Source: Octopus sinensis
Lineage: Eukaryota
Reading direction: 5' to 3'
Length of the DNA stretch: 64,000 bases
Assembly (NCBI RefSeq): GCF_006345805.1
Contig: NC_043008.1
Span: forward strand, 32,612,001 to 32,676,000
Each line of letters starts with the position of its first letter. Position 1 is the first letter of the stretch. Under the pieces are notes generated by a model that was not told the origin of the DNA, made no database searches, and saw nothing but the letters and a program-made list of their open reading frames with translations. A program made the position numbers and the translations under genes. Positions 40,509 through 54,184 of this stretch are shown here, piece by piece.

Positions 40509-41520
40509 ATATTTATCCATACTGGTTATTGGTATGTATGAAACTTTACTTTGATCAGCTGCAGGAACGAGTAACCAGTGTTATTCATTTTAATGGATAA
40601 GTGATTGAATACTCGATTATATCGAACCCTTGCCTCTAAGTAGCCGACTTTACTTAAATTGACTTTGAAAGGATAAAAAGTAGTTAATTCGACCTTGGCG
40701 AGGTTTGATTTCAAAATGTAAAGGGCTCTAACCATACCTTGCAAAGCATATATTGCCTAATAGCTCATCGCTATGGTTAACAGCCATTTTGACTTGGAGC
40801 TGTATTCGAAATCAAACAAAAATTTACTGATATATTTCTCATGTAAAGCTTGAAATAACTTAGGGAAAGTTTAAAATACAGAAATAGTGTAGAAAATTAT
40901 TGTTTATCGTATTTTATTAATCCTATATACGAAGTAGAATGTTCTGTTATTGCTGCCGTCTGTGTCCTTTATGCTTCTTCAGTTTTAGTAACTAAAAATA
41001 ATATATATTACAGCACTAGGATATTAATTTCCTTATTGAAATGTGAAATTTCACTCTACCAATATTCCGAGAGTGACTTTTGACAAGCCACATGCATAGA
41101 TCTATGCGTTGTAATTTTCTCTGAATATCTTTTCCTTTGCCATTTTCAGATGTCAGAAGTGAATTAATTTTTGAAATGTTTCATCAGCGTAGAGTAACAA
41201 GCGAGCTTGCCAGTACTATTTGAGTATCACATAATCGTGAATAACCTGTTCTTCAAGATACTTTGATAGGCACGAGGTTATAGCACAAGACACCTGCTCA
41301 AGGCGCTACGCAGTGAGACTGAGCCAGGAACCATGAGGATGGAAAACAGACTTCTTACCACAGAGCAACGCCTGATTTAAGAATAAGAGCCTGGCAGAGG
41401 CGCTTCTGCAAACTTGCAATATTTGGAAGTCCAATATGGTTGATCATTTTGCAGAAAACAAATTTGTTTGGGACTTCGATATAATTTCTCGTATACATAC
41501 ATACATACATACATATACAC

Positions 41521-41597
<77 letters not shown>

Positions 41598-41619
41598 CAT
41601 ACATACATACATACATACA

Positions 41620-41698
<79 letters not shown>

Positions 41699-42059
41699 TA
41701 TAATTAATCAAATTACTATGTCTGTCTACTGGAAATAACAGTCAAAACTCTTGTTTATATCGACAAAAGTACACTGATGATAACTACAGAAATCAATCGA
41801 AAGCAGATTAAGCTAATAAAATCTCTTATTATACATTTCAGTATAAGAATTTTGACTGTTATTTCCAGCAGGCAGACATACTTAGTATGACCTTTGATTA
41901 ATTTTAATTTTTATCCCACAGCTATTTCTTGGGCCTGCGATTGCCTAAATTATTAATTCTGTTATCACTTTTTAAAATAGTCACTCCAAATGATAACAAA
42001 ATTAATAATATCTTAGCAAATTAATTTTCGAGAATTTATATTTTTTCTCACGAATTGCT

Positions 42060-42095
<36 letters not shown>

Positions 42096-42315
42096 ATATA
42101 TATATTTGTATGTAAATATGGCTGTGCGGTAAGAAGCTTGCTTCCTAACCACATGTTTCCGGGTTCAGTCACGCAGCCGACACCCTGGGCAAGTGCCTTC
42201 TCCTATAGATTCGAGCCCACGGAAGTCTTGTCAGTGGATTTAGTTGGTAGACGGAAACTGAATGAAGCCCATTGAATAAATATATATATATGTATATATA
42301 CATTTATACATATAT

Positions 42316-42388
<73 letters not shown>

Positions 42389-42474
42389 TTCGAGACAAAA
42401 CCACTATTTTGCAAAACAAACAAGGAAAGACTTAATCAATACATAAAAATTTTATTTATAAAATAAATAAACCG

Positions 42475-42518
42475 CCACTACAATCGTTTCATGTCTTCAA
42501 ATGACATTCGTCAGGTGG
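42475..42518 (-). ncRNA. Minimal type I hammerhead ribozyme motif (opposite-strand copy)
   Basis: Reverse complement reads CCACCTGACGAATGTCATTTGAAGACATGAAACGATTGTAGTGG. It differs from the plus copy only in the stem II loop. Confidence 0.75.
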
Positions 42519-42586
42519 ATTTCCGATCTTCTAATCAGTTTTAATTTATGACTTCATAAATTAAAACTGATTAGAAGAACGGAAAT

Positions 42587-42630
42587 CCACCTGACGAATG
42601 TCATTGGAAGACATGAAACGATTGTAGTGG
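42587..42630 (+). ncRNA. Minimal type I hammerhead ribozyme motif
   Basis: CCAC-CTGACGA-ATGTC-attggaa-GACAT-GAA-AC-gatt-GT-A-GTGG. Stem I CCAC/GTGG, core CUGAnGA and GAAA, stem II ATGTC/GACAT, short stem III, predicted cleavage after GUA (42626). Confidence 0.75.
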
Positions 42631-42805
42631 CGGTTTATTTATTTTATATTAAAATTTTTTTGTATTGATTAAGTCTTTCCTTGTTTGTTTTGCAAAATAG
42701 TGGTTTTGTCTCGAATTAATATTATATAATATTTTACTATAAAATTGGATTTAATCCTAAATCTGATTTTTTCCCTGTAAATTGGATTTATTCCCTAATA
42801 TTTAT

Positions 42806-42881
<76 letters not shown>

Positions 42882-43198
42882 ATATGTGTGTTTGTGCATG
42901 TCTGATTGTACGCACGTGTTTATCTGTGTTCGTGCCCCACCACCGTTTAACAACCGATGTTGGTTCGTTTACGTGTCTGTACTCAGAGGTTCGACAAAAA
43001 GAAAACGATAGAAAAAGTACTAGGCTTCAAAAAAACGTACTTACGTCGATACATTCGACTAAAATTTCTTCAAGGCGGTGCTCCATCTTGGCCGCGGTCT
43101 AATGACAAAAACAAGTAAAAGAAAAAACACAAAAAATATAAACATAGACGTTTACATACAGAACTATCTCTCTCTACATACACATGTATGTATGTATG

Positions 43199-43229
<31 letters not shown>

Positions 43230-43596
43230 GTGTGTGTGTGTACCTATATATGTATGTACGCCAATGGGTTTTTTTCTAAACTATTACGTTACACATACAA
43301 AAATAAACAACTGCTCTATATTTTATGGGGCATGCTCTTCTCCTGATTTATGATATTGTAACGAAGATATAATATACACACACCGATGCTGGTGTGTTTA
43401 CGCCCCGTAACTTAGTGGTTCGGCAAAAGACGTCGATAGAATAAGTACTAGGCTTACAAAGAATAAGTCCTGGGGTCGATTTGATCGACTAAAAGGGGTG
43501 CTCGAGCATGGCCACAGTCAAATTACAGAAACAAGTAAAAGAGTATACATACATACATACATACATACATACATACATACATACATACATTCATAC

Positions 43597-43654
<58 letters not shown>

Positions 43655-44151
43655 CACACACACACAAACATGCATACGACGCGCTTCTTTATAGTTTTCA
43701 GCAATCGAATCACACCCGCGTAGCGGCTGAACTGAGATTGTTGTAAACACACACATCGTAGAAATCCGTACAAAGACAAGATGGTCATGGCTGGAATACC
43801 TTGATCAGTCAGAGATTACTGATGATGAACAACAACAGTTTCAATTACTGAAAAATCTCTCCGCAGAATCATCACCTGAAGAGCAAAAATTGTAGAAATT
43901 TGCGGCTTCTGTTTAATCTTCATCGGAATGTTGAAGTCTGCTTCTTCTATTCAACTGCCTGTTTGTTGTTGACAGTATTCCAAGGTAGTTTTCAAATTAC
44001 AAACGCCTTGTAATGCTTTTACTTGCCATAAACTTACCTATTCCATGGAATCAGTATATATACGCACATATACAAACGCAAGCACACAGACTCATATATA
44101 CACACATACACACATACCGACGCGCATACACAAATACATGCGCACATACAT

Positions 44152-44222
<71 letters not shown>

Positions 44223-44347
44223 TGTATATGTTTGTGTATGTATGTATATTTTGGCTTTTTCTGAGTCTTCACCGATGGAGGAAGAAGCAGCTTCTAAATC
44301 AGGAACAAGGAACTTTCATTGGAATGTAGATAACATCAGCTGGGCCC

Positions 44348-44392
<45 letters not shown>

Positions 44393-44594
44393 CGTGTGTG
44401 TGTATGTGTGTTTGTGTGTGTTAGCAAGTATGTATATGTATATGCATGCATGTATGTATGTATGTATGTATGTATGTCTATATAAATTTAGACTTATGCT
44501 GACAACACATATATATAAGTATACATGTATTTGTGTGTATATGCGCTTGTATATATATATATTTATGTGCATCTGTCTATATGTATACCTGTCA

Positions 44595-44625
<31 letters not shown>

Positions 44626-44781
44626 GATCTACTATATGTGTGCCTGCGCGCGCGCGTGGATATAGAGATAGATAGATACATACACACATACATACATATA
44701 TACCTCCATCTCTGACTACACACTCACACACACACATAAATGATATATGTATACATTTATGTATGCATGCATGCATGTATG

Positions 44782-44815
<34 letters not shown>

Positions 44816-44833
44816 TGTATGTATGTATGTATG

Positions 44834-44866
<33 letters not shown>

Positions 44867-45296
44867 TTCACTTTAACATTTTTTACATATAAATCTATGT
44901 AAATTTCCATTCAGCTGCCTGGATTCACTACTACGGGTGAACCTCACCATATGACAGCAGACTTAGCTATAATCGGTTGCAGGCCAACCTGTCTACGCAT
45001 ATTTCCGACGTTTACAAAATTTTTTCAAAGGGAAATTTTTTTTTTAAATATTTCCTAAGATGGCTAGGATATTAGGTTTGTGAGAGTCATTGTTTTGTTG
45101 AAAAGAAATATTTCCTCTTCCTTAATGCACTAATGTCTAGGTTAATTTGCTAAAAATTGCGATTTATATAAAATGTAGCATGTACATACATACTTACATA
45201 GACACAGAAACACACACTCACACACATACACTTATGCAAACGCACACACATATATAGTGTATCTAATATGTAAAATAGGCGCACGACTGCTACAAA

Positions 45297-45337
<41 letters not shown>

Positions 45338-45529
45338 GTATACATACACATACACGTACACACACACACGCACACTCACACATATGCATGCAGCATTATT
45401 ACCGACGAAAGCAGTATTGGTATAAAAAAACAATCCGTATATTCAACTTAACGTGGATTTTTTGTTTAGAACACCAAATATAGCGGTATTAAGCCTTGGG
45501 ACGTTCTCTCATATAGACGCATAGTGCAT

Positions 45530-45870
45530 ACTCTTTTACTTGTTTCAGCCATTTGACTGAGGCCATGCTGGAACACCACCTTTAGTCAAGCAAATCGACC
45601 CCAGGATTTATTCTTTGTAAGCCTAGTACTTATTCTATCGGTCTTTTTGTCGAACCGCTAGGTTACGGGGGCGTAAACACATACACACATATATATATAC
45701 ATACATATATACGACGGGCTTCTTTCAGTTTCCGTCTACCAAATCCACTCACAAGGCTTTAGTCGACCCGAGGCTATTGTAGAAGACACTTGCCCATAGT
45801 GCCACGCAGTGGGACTGAACCCGGAACCATGTGGTTGGTAAACAAGCTACTTACCACACAGCCATTCCTA
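45530..45870 (-). mobile_element. Family-B CORE-like SINE, near full length
   Basis: Reverse complement of the head (GGCTGTGTGGTAAG...GGTTCAGTCCCACTGCGTGGCAC) through the tail (CAGCATGGCC...GCTGAAACAAGTAAAAG). Confidence 0.85.
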
Positions 45871-46072
45871 CGCATGATGTGAGCTGTCTCGCTTGCCTCT
45901 GACTTACTTTCATGTGTTTTTGACACCTGGTACATTGAGAATATATTCTCTAATGCCTAAAAGCGCAGCTGACCCACGAAAAAACAACACACACACGCAT
46001 CTTGTATGTGTGTGTGTGTGTGTTTGTGTGTATGTTTAAATGCATCAACATACACGAACATATATGTATATA

Positions 46073-46585
46073 CCGTAAATCCTCGAGTATAATCTGCATT
46101 TTTTCCTAAAATTTGAAGGTCAAAATCCCTAGTGCGTACTGTATACGAGGTTAAAAATGAAAGATATTTTCTAAGCAATGTCCGAGTCTTTATTTACTGT
46201 CCAGCAATGTTCATTCAGACGCATTTTGTGATGTCGGGCGCGAAAATACCTTGAGCTAAGCCTGAAAGTAATGAAGTCGTAAAAGAATCATCTATAACTT
46301 GCAGTAAGCAACATTTATTAAAATAAAAGTATTCAGATCACAGAATAACATGTAACTAAAACAATTTGCAAACATATTTACATTACAGTTAAGAATATCA
46401 CCATTATTGTATTACGCATGCGCGGAAGTGTTTGTTCGACTAGGTGCTGCTGGCTTAATTACGCACGACTCAAGTTAGAGAAGGGGTGCGTATTATACAC
46501 AAAGTTTAGGTTTTTCAGAGGTACAGCCCCCTAAAAATCCCCTGCGTATTATACTCAAGGGCAGACTATACTCGAGGATTTACGG
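46073..46585. mobile_element. Tc1/mariner-superfamily (pogo/Tigger-like) MITE
   Basis: TA target duplication. TIRs CCGTAAATCCTCGAGTATAATCTGC and GCAGACTATACTCGAGGATTTACGG, plus subterminal TGCGTA..ATAC repeats. Confidence 0.88.
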
Positions 46586-47404
46586 TACTTATTTGTATAC
46601 ATATATATCTGCAGTTCTACTCCATTTCTAATCTGATTTTTACCTTACCGCTTCCCCAACAATTAATTTCTGGGTGCTCAGGGCAGTAATGACGTAGAAT
46701 TTCGATTCCGAATAAATCTATATAGTCTACAACTTATATCTAATAGAACACTAACTTGCAATCGTCAGAAGTCAAGCTATCGGCTGTGGATAACATAATC
46801 TCTTGACAAACCAATTACGATTTTGTTATCTTTTACTTGGTGTCAGTGTTTATCTTAAAGTACAGGTGCAGAAAGTCTCTCAGTGAAGATTAAGTGTGAG
46901 AGAAATCATAAATCTGACCCTCTAATGTGTAACAGAGGTCAAACTGCGGCTCTCAAATCTTCTATATGCAGCTCCCGAGATAATATTGAGATTTAGTGCT
47001 ATTTTCATTAAAACAACTTTAACCCTCTTGCGACACCCGGACCGATTGATGGGCCCAAGTGATGCAAGCTGAAAGGACTTCGAGGCTGATTCATTGGCCC
47101 AATGAAACAAACGCTTTGAAGTGGGCCTATCAGGGATAGTCTTTCGGTAGATATGATATAAAACTATATAATATATATAGTTTTACATACTAATGAAATA
47201 GTTTTAGGCACTTTATCTTTTGTTTTCTACATGCATCCCCCAATTTTTTAAATCTCAACAGAAAAAAAGAAAAATACTTTGGTCTCTTTGACTACACATG
47301 CCAAAACACTGCGTGGCTCAAAAGAGCTAACATCCTTTGAGCCGGAATTTGAATCATTAGTAGCAAAAATGGAAAGAAAGAAAACAAAACAGAAATATTC
47401 AACG

Positions 47405-47574
47405 GTAGGCATAGCGCTGTGGTTATGAAGATCATTTTGCAAGTATGTGGTTTCGGGTTCAATCCCACTAAACAACATTAGGCAAATGTCTTCAACCATA
47501 ACTCCGGGCCGACTAATGCTTTGGAAGTAAATTCGGTAGGCAGAAACTGTGTAGAAGTCCGTTGTATAAACACA

Positions 47575-47645
<71 letters not shown>

Positions 47646-47890
47646 ACACACACACACACGCATATTTGTGTGTGTGTGTATACTAGTGCTTTTGTTTTTG
47701 CGCCCGCCCCTCTGCTTGACGACCGGTGTTGATTTGTTTCCGTCCCTATAACATAGCAGGTCCACAAACCGATAGAATCAGTACTGGATTTTTAAAAATT
47801 AAGTACTGGTATTGATCTATTCGATTGAACTCTTCGAGGTGGTGCTCTAGCATGGCTGTAGTCCAATGACTGAAACAAGTTAAAGATAAG
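47405..47890 (+). mobile_element. Family-B SINE with internal (CA)n expansion
   Basis: 5' head at 47405-47565, (CA)n, and 3' body at 47690-47890 ending GACTGAAACAAGT. Confidence 0.75.
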
Positions 47891-48589
47891 CAGCGATTAA
47901 TCAACATACTTTTATGAACAGTATGTAACGATATATTTCCTTATTTACAAATATAATTTTTAAAATATAAATCACGTTTGAAGGATGTGAGGAAATACTT
48001 GTATATTTCTTCTTATCTGACAGCTTGGCCATCCTTGATCTATTCTCTTCTTCCCTGGTTAGTAACTGGAGCTCTAACGAGTACAACATTCCAATAGATC
48101 TATCAGCAACTGCTGATATTGTTTCTATCACAACCTAATCAGTTCAAAACAATGAAAACCTAAAACAAAACATATGTTGGAAGATTCAGCTTTCTCTTCA
48201 CGAATATTCGTCTAATTCGCTCGCTCCAACATGGATTCCATCTATCACTTCGTGCCTCTCATTCTCCTCGTCTCTGAGCCACAATCTATAACTCCTTATC
48301 TATAAGCGTTCTCTGCTATTCTGCTATCAAGGCTACGTTCTACATCGTTGTTCTAAAAGCTAATGTCTGTGCATACGAAGAATCCACAATAATAAGCCCT
48401 CCCACTGAGTATACATACATGCGCACAAGCGTACATGCATACACACATACACACATACATACATACATACATACATACATACATACATACATACGTACAA
48501 ATATACGTACATACATACATACATACATACATACATACATACATACATACATACAACATACATACATACACACATACATACATACACAC

Positions 48590-49330
48590 GGCAGTCCCAA
48601 CACTCCTCTTACAACAAGACAATATTCCACAATTCACTTGCAGTACCAGTATTGATTCCAACATTTGGGATACTTGACTGCTCTGTAGAAGAAATCCATT
48701 CCATAGAGATGAAAACCCGCAAGATTTTAATATTTTTACCCTAGAAGAGATAAAGGCGGTAGGGACTTGGGATCAGTGCAGACAGCCTTCGAATGTCACA
48801 TAGTCTTTCCCAGACAACGCTTGCTAAACAACAGCAGCAAAAATAAATACATTAACTTAGTGCTGAAAAATGAAGAGAACAATATCCTACGTGTTGGAAG
48901 TGAGCTCCTCAGGAAGTACTCTCTTCCTGATGTCCTTCCATGCAACCCCAAATCAACCGAACAAGCATACCTCAAAGAATACCTGAAAGTGAAACACTCA
49001 GCATGCCAAAAAAAAAAAAAAAGACGATGCATGGGTGTGTTTGTCGTAGATTTGAAGGAGGTAGTAACATTGACATGTAACGAAGCTTCTCGTGACCGCT
49101 ACATCACATCACACTTCGAAGGCTATGCATTTGCAATCCAAGAACAGGAAATTGCTACTAAATACCTAATCAACAGAAGAGACAATTAAGCCCTTGGAGT
49201 TCCAAGATGCAACCGTAAATGTAGGTTATGTCATATTTCTGTGGGAGACATCACACGTGATTTAGCAGCTGCCCAAAAATGTCATCAAAGTACTAGCTCC
49301 CTATGCGACATGACGATATTGCATGGGGAT
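48590..49330 (+). mobile_element. Degraded R4-like LINE fragment (thumb-CCHC region)
   Basis: PTFGILD...KTRKIL, GGRGLGSVQTAFEC, SHFEGYAFAIQEQEIATKYL, CRLC and MRHDD motifs. Confidence 0.75.
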
Positions 49331-49520
49331 GTTGTACCTTGATGATTTTTTATTTGCGTGTGTCAAGGGGTGGAGAGAGTAAAGACACTTTTAAATAGTT
49401 CACTGAGTATCTCACTCATCCTTCCTGGGTCCGTTGCCAGTGGGTCATTGCCGTGGAACAATGGTCCTATTTCATAGAAACCTTTGGGATTTCTTTTTAT
49501 GCTTTCCATAGTTCTTTTCT

Positions 49521-49570
<50 letters not shown>

Positions 49571-49579
49571 TCTTTCCCG

Positions 49580-50095
49580 TTCGTGTGAGACTTTGGTCTT
49601 GTTTTCGATTTTTAGGAGTGTCCATATTAAGACAGACTTCTCCATATCCTTCAGTTGCCTATTCAGCCACTTTGAAACCTTTGATCTGCATCTCATAAGA
49701 ATTTTTCTGTCCCCGGAAATTTTGTTTGTCAGCGGCCTTTCTTTCTGTGGTATATTTAGTGCATATAGCTTGCACTGTTGGACATAAACTGTCTGAATTT
49801 CATGTCTTGCATGCATAGAATGTTGGATCAGTTTCATTTGTGGACCTCTTTGCGGATTGATTTCCAGTTTGTCCTATAGAAATTCAGGTTGGATAAGGCT
49901 TGAGTCCTCCTGATAGGGTAGATACCAACAGCTCGCGCAGGACCACACACAATTAGTTCAACGATGTTGTGATCTGTGAGTGTTGTTGGTGTCACCTTCA
50001 CATTATGGATAACGACAACATTATTTGTGAAGCAGAGGTCCAATATTTTGTTTCCTGTTTAGCCTGAGTATAACTTGCTCCATGAACAGCATATT
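49580..50095 (-). mobile_element. APE-endonuclease-type LINE fragment (CR1/L2/Jockey-like)
   Basis: (N)ILDLCFTNN...TLTDHNIV...LNFYRTNWKSI resembles the endonuclease C-terminus (LDL...SDH) and following linker. Confidence 0.65.
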
Positions 50096-50884
50096 AATAA
50101 GTTCATACATACATGCATGTTTATGTGTATCAAATATGCAGAAAAGAGGTTAAGGTATTCTTATGTTTTAATGACATATACGGGTTTCATTGACCCGGCG
50201 GCTTACTTCCTCGGTATTTTGACAAAAATACGTTGCACTTTGGCCTTCCTTCCTATGTGATGTTTAGATTCACAGAGCATAGAATATAGGGGTTTAATGT
50301 AGAATCAAATATTCAGCCTTAAGATCAATGTGTCGTGCATGCTAGCCCACTGTTAAATAGCCTTATATATATACGCGCGCACGTACACACACACACACAG
50401 AGTGTATATATGTGTGAGTATTGTGTGAGTAAGTGCATGTGTGTGTATGTGTGTGTGCATGCGTGTGTGTGTGTGATTATGTATAAACCATATGCTTTTA
50501 TACTTAATGTCTATAGTCGATATTTAACTGTAGGTGACCTCTAAAACTTGTTTTATTTGCCTAATCTTCTTAGCCTCACTTTCTCTTTTTCACTTTATCT
50601 GCCTCCTTCCCCCCTCTCTTCTCTTACCCTCTCTTCTCTTCCCCATCTCTCTCTCTCTCTTAATCTCGTCTTTCTCTTTATATCTCTCCTTCTTGCTCTC
50701 TTGCATTTTACCCGCTCGTTTTCTCTTTTGTTTCCCTCTTCTTCCTTCCTTCCTTTCCTCTCCTCTCATCTATCCTCCAATTTTATCTGGAATTCCCAGC
50801 GTTTTCACAAAATTTCGATACTGTTTCACATTTTTTACTTAATAATCTCTTCGCCGCGTTTTTACAATTCCAAATCACTCAACA

Positions 50885-51570
50885 CCTCTATCTACCACCA
50901 CCAACACCGTCATCTCCATCTTCATCACTACAACCCACACCATCACTATCACCAACATCACCACTGCCAACATCCACATTGTAATTACCACACTCACTGC
51001 CGCCGCCACTATCACCACCATTATTAACACCACTATGAGTAACACCATCACCGATACTACAACCACAGCCACCTTTACCAGCACCATCGACACCACTATC
51101 ACCAACGCTCCACCATCTATCAGCACCACCACTACTGCCGCCACCACCACCGTCATAATCACCATTAGCATCACCACCTCCTCCCCCGCTCTCACCATCA
51201 CTAACACTACCACCAATCACAATTACCATTACCTCCACCATAATCACCTCCACCGCCATCGCCACCACCACCACTACCACCAGTTAACACTATCATCAGT
51301 ATTATCATTAGCACCAAAAATATTACCAACCTTCCAAAAAAACTCGCAACGATCTCTACCAACACCAGCACCGCAAACAACATCAGCAAACACTATACAT
51401 CAAGATGGCAAAGATCATCGCCATCATTAATAACATCATCATCATCATCATCATCATCATCACCATCATCATCATCATCGTCATCACCAACAACACCACC
51501 CAATATCACCAACACTACAAATATTATCAACTTTATGAACTCCATTAACATCAACAGCCGCCCCACCATC
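50885..51570. repeat. Degenerate (CAC)n/(CAT)n low-complexity tract
   Basis: Directly visible. Source of the His/Thr/Val-rich ORFs. Confidence 0.85.
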
Positions 51571-51677
51571 CAAAGAGGAAACCTCTAAGTGGTCATTCGA
51601 AGTGCCAGACTAGCAGCCAAATTGCCCCCAAATAACACCATACTGCTATGCAAAAGGATCCGTTCGGTAACGTGATT

Positions 51678-52085
51678 CTTATTTCTTTATTGCCCACAAG
51701 GGGCTAAACATAGGGGGAACAAACAAGGACATTAAGTCGATTACATCGACCCTATTGCGTAACTGGTACTTAATTTATCGAGCCCGAAAGGAGGAAAGGC
51801 AATATCGACCTCGGCGGAATTTGAACTCAGAACGTAACGGCAGACGAAATACCCATTTCTTTACTACCCACAAGGGGCTAAACACAGAGAGGACAAACAA
51901 GGACAGACAAACAGATTAAGTCAATTACATCGACCCCAGTGCGTAACTGGCACTTAATTTACCGACCCCGAAAGGAGGAAAGGCAAAGTCGACCTCGGCG
52001 GAATTTGAACTCAGAACGTAACGGCAGACGAAATACTGCTAAGCATCTCGCCCGGCGTGCTAACGTTTCTGCCAGCTCGCCGCCT
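51678..52085 (-). mobile_element. Tandem dimer of family-A SINE
   Basis: Two consecutive CCCACAAGGGGCTAAAC...GACCTCGGCGGAATTTGAACTCAGAACGTAACGGCAGACGAAATAC units. Only the second carries the full head. Confidence 0.85.
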
Positions 52086-54184
52086 TCGATAACGTGATGC
52101 TAAGTTTCATGGAAATAAGAAAAGGACGGGACCGTCACGACAGGTGTGCGATCAGGGCAAGCAGCAATACATTTCCGTTATTGCTACAATCATTACTGTG
52201 CAAAAACAATCACCATCATTTTCCACATCGTTATTACTATCATTTCTTTACAGCTGGGTGTTTCTGAACAAACAAAAGTCAAATTTGTTAGTTATGAACA
52301 CTGGATAGTGTCAAGAGCGGGATATAAACACTCGATCAACTGATAAAATATTTAGTCATTCTATGAACTCGGTTATCAAAACAGCTATCCACGTAATAAC
52401 ACACTGGTGTTGCTGCAATTTACAAGACGAACCCCATTTGCTGAAGAACTTACTAAAGATAAACATGACAGTTCATAGACTAAATTTACAGAACACGGAG
52501 AGAGAAAAAGATAAGCCCCTCTTATTAGGGATGAAACAATATAATGGTTTTCAATGATTTCTTTGGGAGATAAAAACGAAGCATTCCAATTGCAAAATCC
52601 GAATTCGTTCTTTTTATCATTCTTTCATCGTACAAGAACCCTGTTCGAAACATTAGTATTCATCTGCCTTCACACTTATTCAATAAACACAACTATCCAA
52701 AGTGTCAATGTTTAATTGTTCTCATACTTCAATAAAGAAAGCCCTCGCTAAAATGTTAATGTCTTCCCTTCTTCGGGAAAGAAATATACTCAAAGTGTCA
52801 AAATTTATCGTTCTGCTTACGCTTCTGTAAAGAAGCAACCTACAAGACTTCAAAATTCACCTCACGCTTCCTTTCATTGGGGAAAGGTGGGACTACGCTC
52901 CAAAATTTCAAACTGTATCTTTCCTTTTTATACTTCGAAGAATGTCACTTTGCCACGAATCTCTTGGTACGCGAGATACTCCATTGGTCATCTCACGTAA
53001 TAAAAGATTACATACATCCTACTTTATGTTCTCTTTTCCCTTTTACATTTCAAAGAAAGGTTGCCTCCTGAAAAGCTATTGTTATCTCTCCTCATTTCTT
53101 ATGAATTCTTTTCACTTTATGATACAATAATTTATCTTATTTTACGAAGTTTTTAAACGCCAGTAATGTCTGGCCAAATAAGATTACAAAATGGTAACCA
53201 GAGACCATATTAGGGTAAATCATCACTTTAGTCACCTGACCACAGAGATGGGAGAACTACAGAAAAAAAGGAGCAGTATGTATAGCATCAGGGAATTAGC
53301 ACCAGGTGACAACAAAATTAATACTGGCTGAGATCCTGATTAACACCAATTGAGATGCTGATTAATTGCAGCTGAAATCCTGAACCGATGTCAACCAATC
53401 AATCATGATTGATTTCTAACAAAAGTACACGGTCTTATATTTTAGGATAGAGAACTGCAGAATATATCGACGCCAGTATTTGACCGCTATTGTCTTTATT
53501 AGTGATAAATTAATTATAGAAACAGCAAATTCCCAACGGGATTCGATCTCAGAATAAAACAGACGGATGTAACTAAATAATGCAAAGTATTTCGCCTGTT
53601 CGTTGTTCTACCAATTTTGTCAATCCGCAATAGATAACAGCACTGGCAATTGAAAATATATTTAGATATAAGTTATATCGTTAGGTAATTGTCGACCGAT
53701 GATCTTACATGTGTATAAAGTAATGGAATTAACCTAAGTTCATTATAACCCTGTAAATTTATTCGAAAATTAAACACGGTGAAATAAAGTATGTGATTAA
53801 GAACGAAATACTTCACAACTTGTAATAGAAAGGTAATGTTACTTAATTTGAAAAATTGACAGATTTCTCTAACACTAATTTTGTCTAGTTATCATCATCA
53901 GTAAAACTAACTGGTTTTGTTACCAACAGTAATACTAGCATGGTAATGTTTCCATCAGTAACATTAACACAGCATTGTTAAAGTCAGTAGTACATAATAT
54001 AGTGTTGCCTCTACCAGCAATACTAAGGCAATGTTGTTACCATTAGTATTACTAACATAGTATTAATACCATCAATGATACTAACATGATATTATTATAC
54101 ATTAGTAATACTAACGTTACGTTGTTATATATCAATAATACAAACTAGCGTTGTTATACATTAGTAATATTAACATAGTTATTA

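Larger units (their letters stand above)
42383..42722. repeat. Near-perfect long inverted repeat (arms ~169 bp, centre at 42552-42553), probable Penelope-like element terminal remnant
   Basis: 42383-42551 is the reverse complement of 42554-42722, with only about 4-5 differences by manual comparison. (TA)n precedes the left arm and follows ~90 bp after the right arm. Confidence 0.9.
42117..43125 (+). mobile_element. Family-B SINE split into a 5' half (42117-42275) and a 3' half (~42920-43125) by microsatellites and the foldback element
   Basis: The halves match the uninterrupted copies at 59203-59610 and 45530-45870. Confidence 0.75.

Noticed and set aside
47990-48135. Possible minus-strand exon (VVIETISAVADRSIG...)
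   Set aside because: Weak acceptor and donor and no recognisable homology.
52690-52850. Weak ~90-bp direct repeat (CAAAGTGTCAA...TAAAGAA)
   Set aside because: Only two poorly matching units in AT-rich DNA; not distinguishable from decay or chance by eye.
53890-54183. Possible CRISPR-like array
   Set aside because: Contiguous degenerate tandem units with no conserved repeat/unique spacer alternation, no cas genes and a eukaryotic context.
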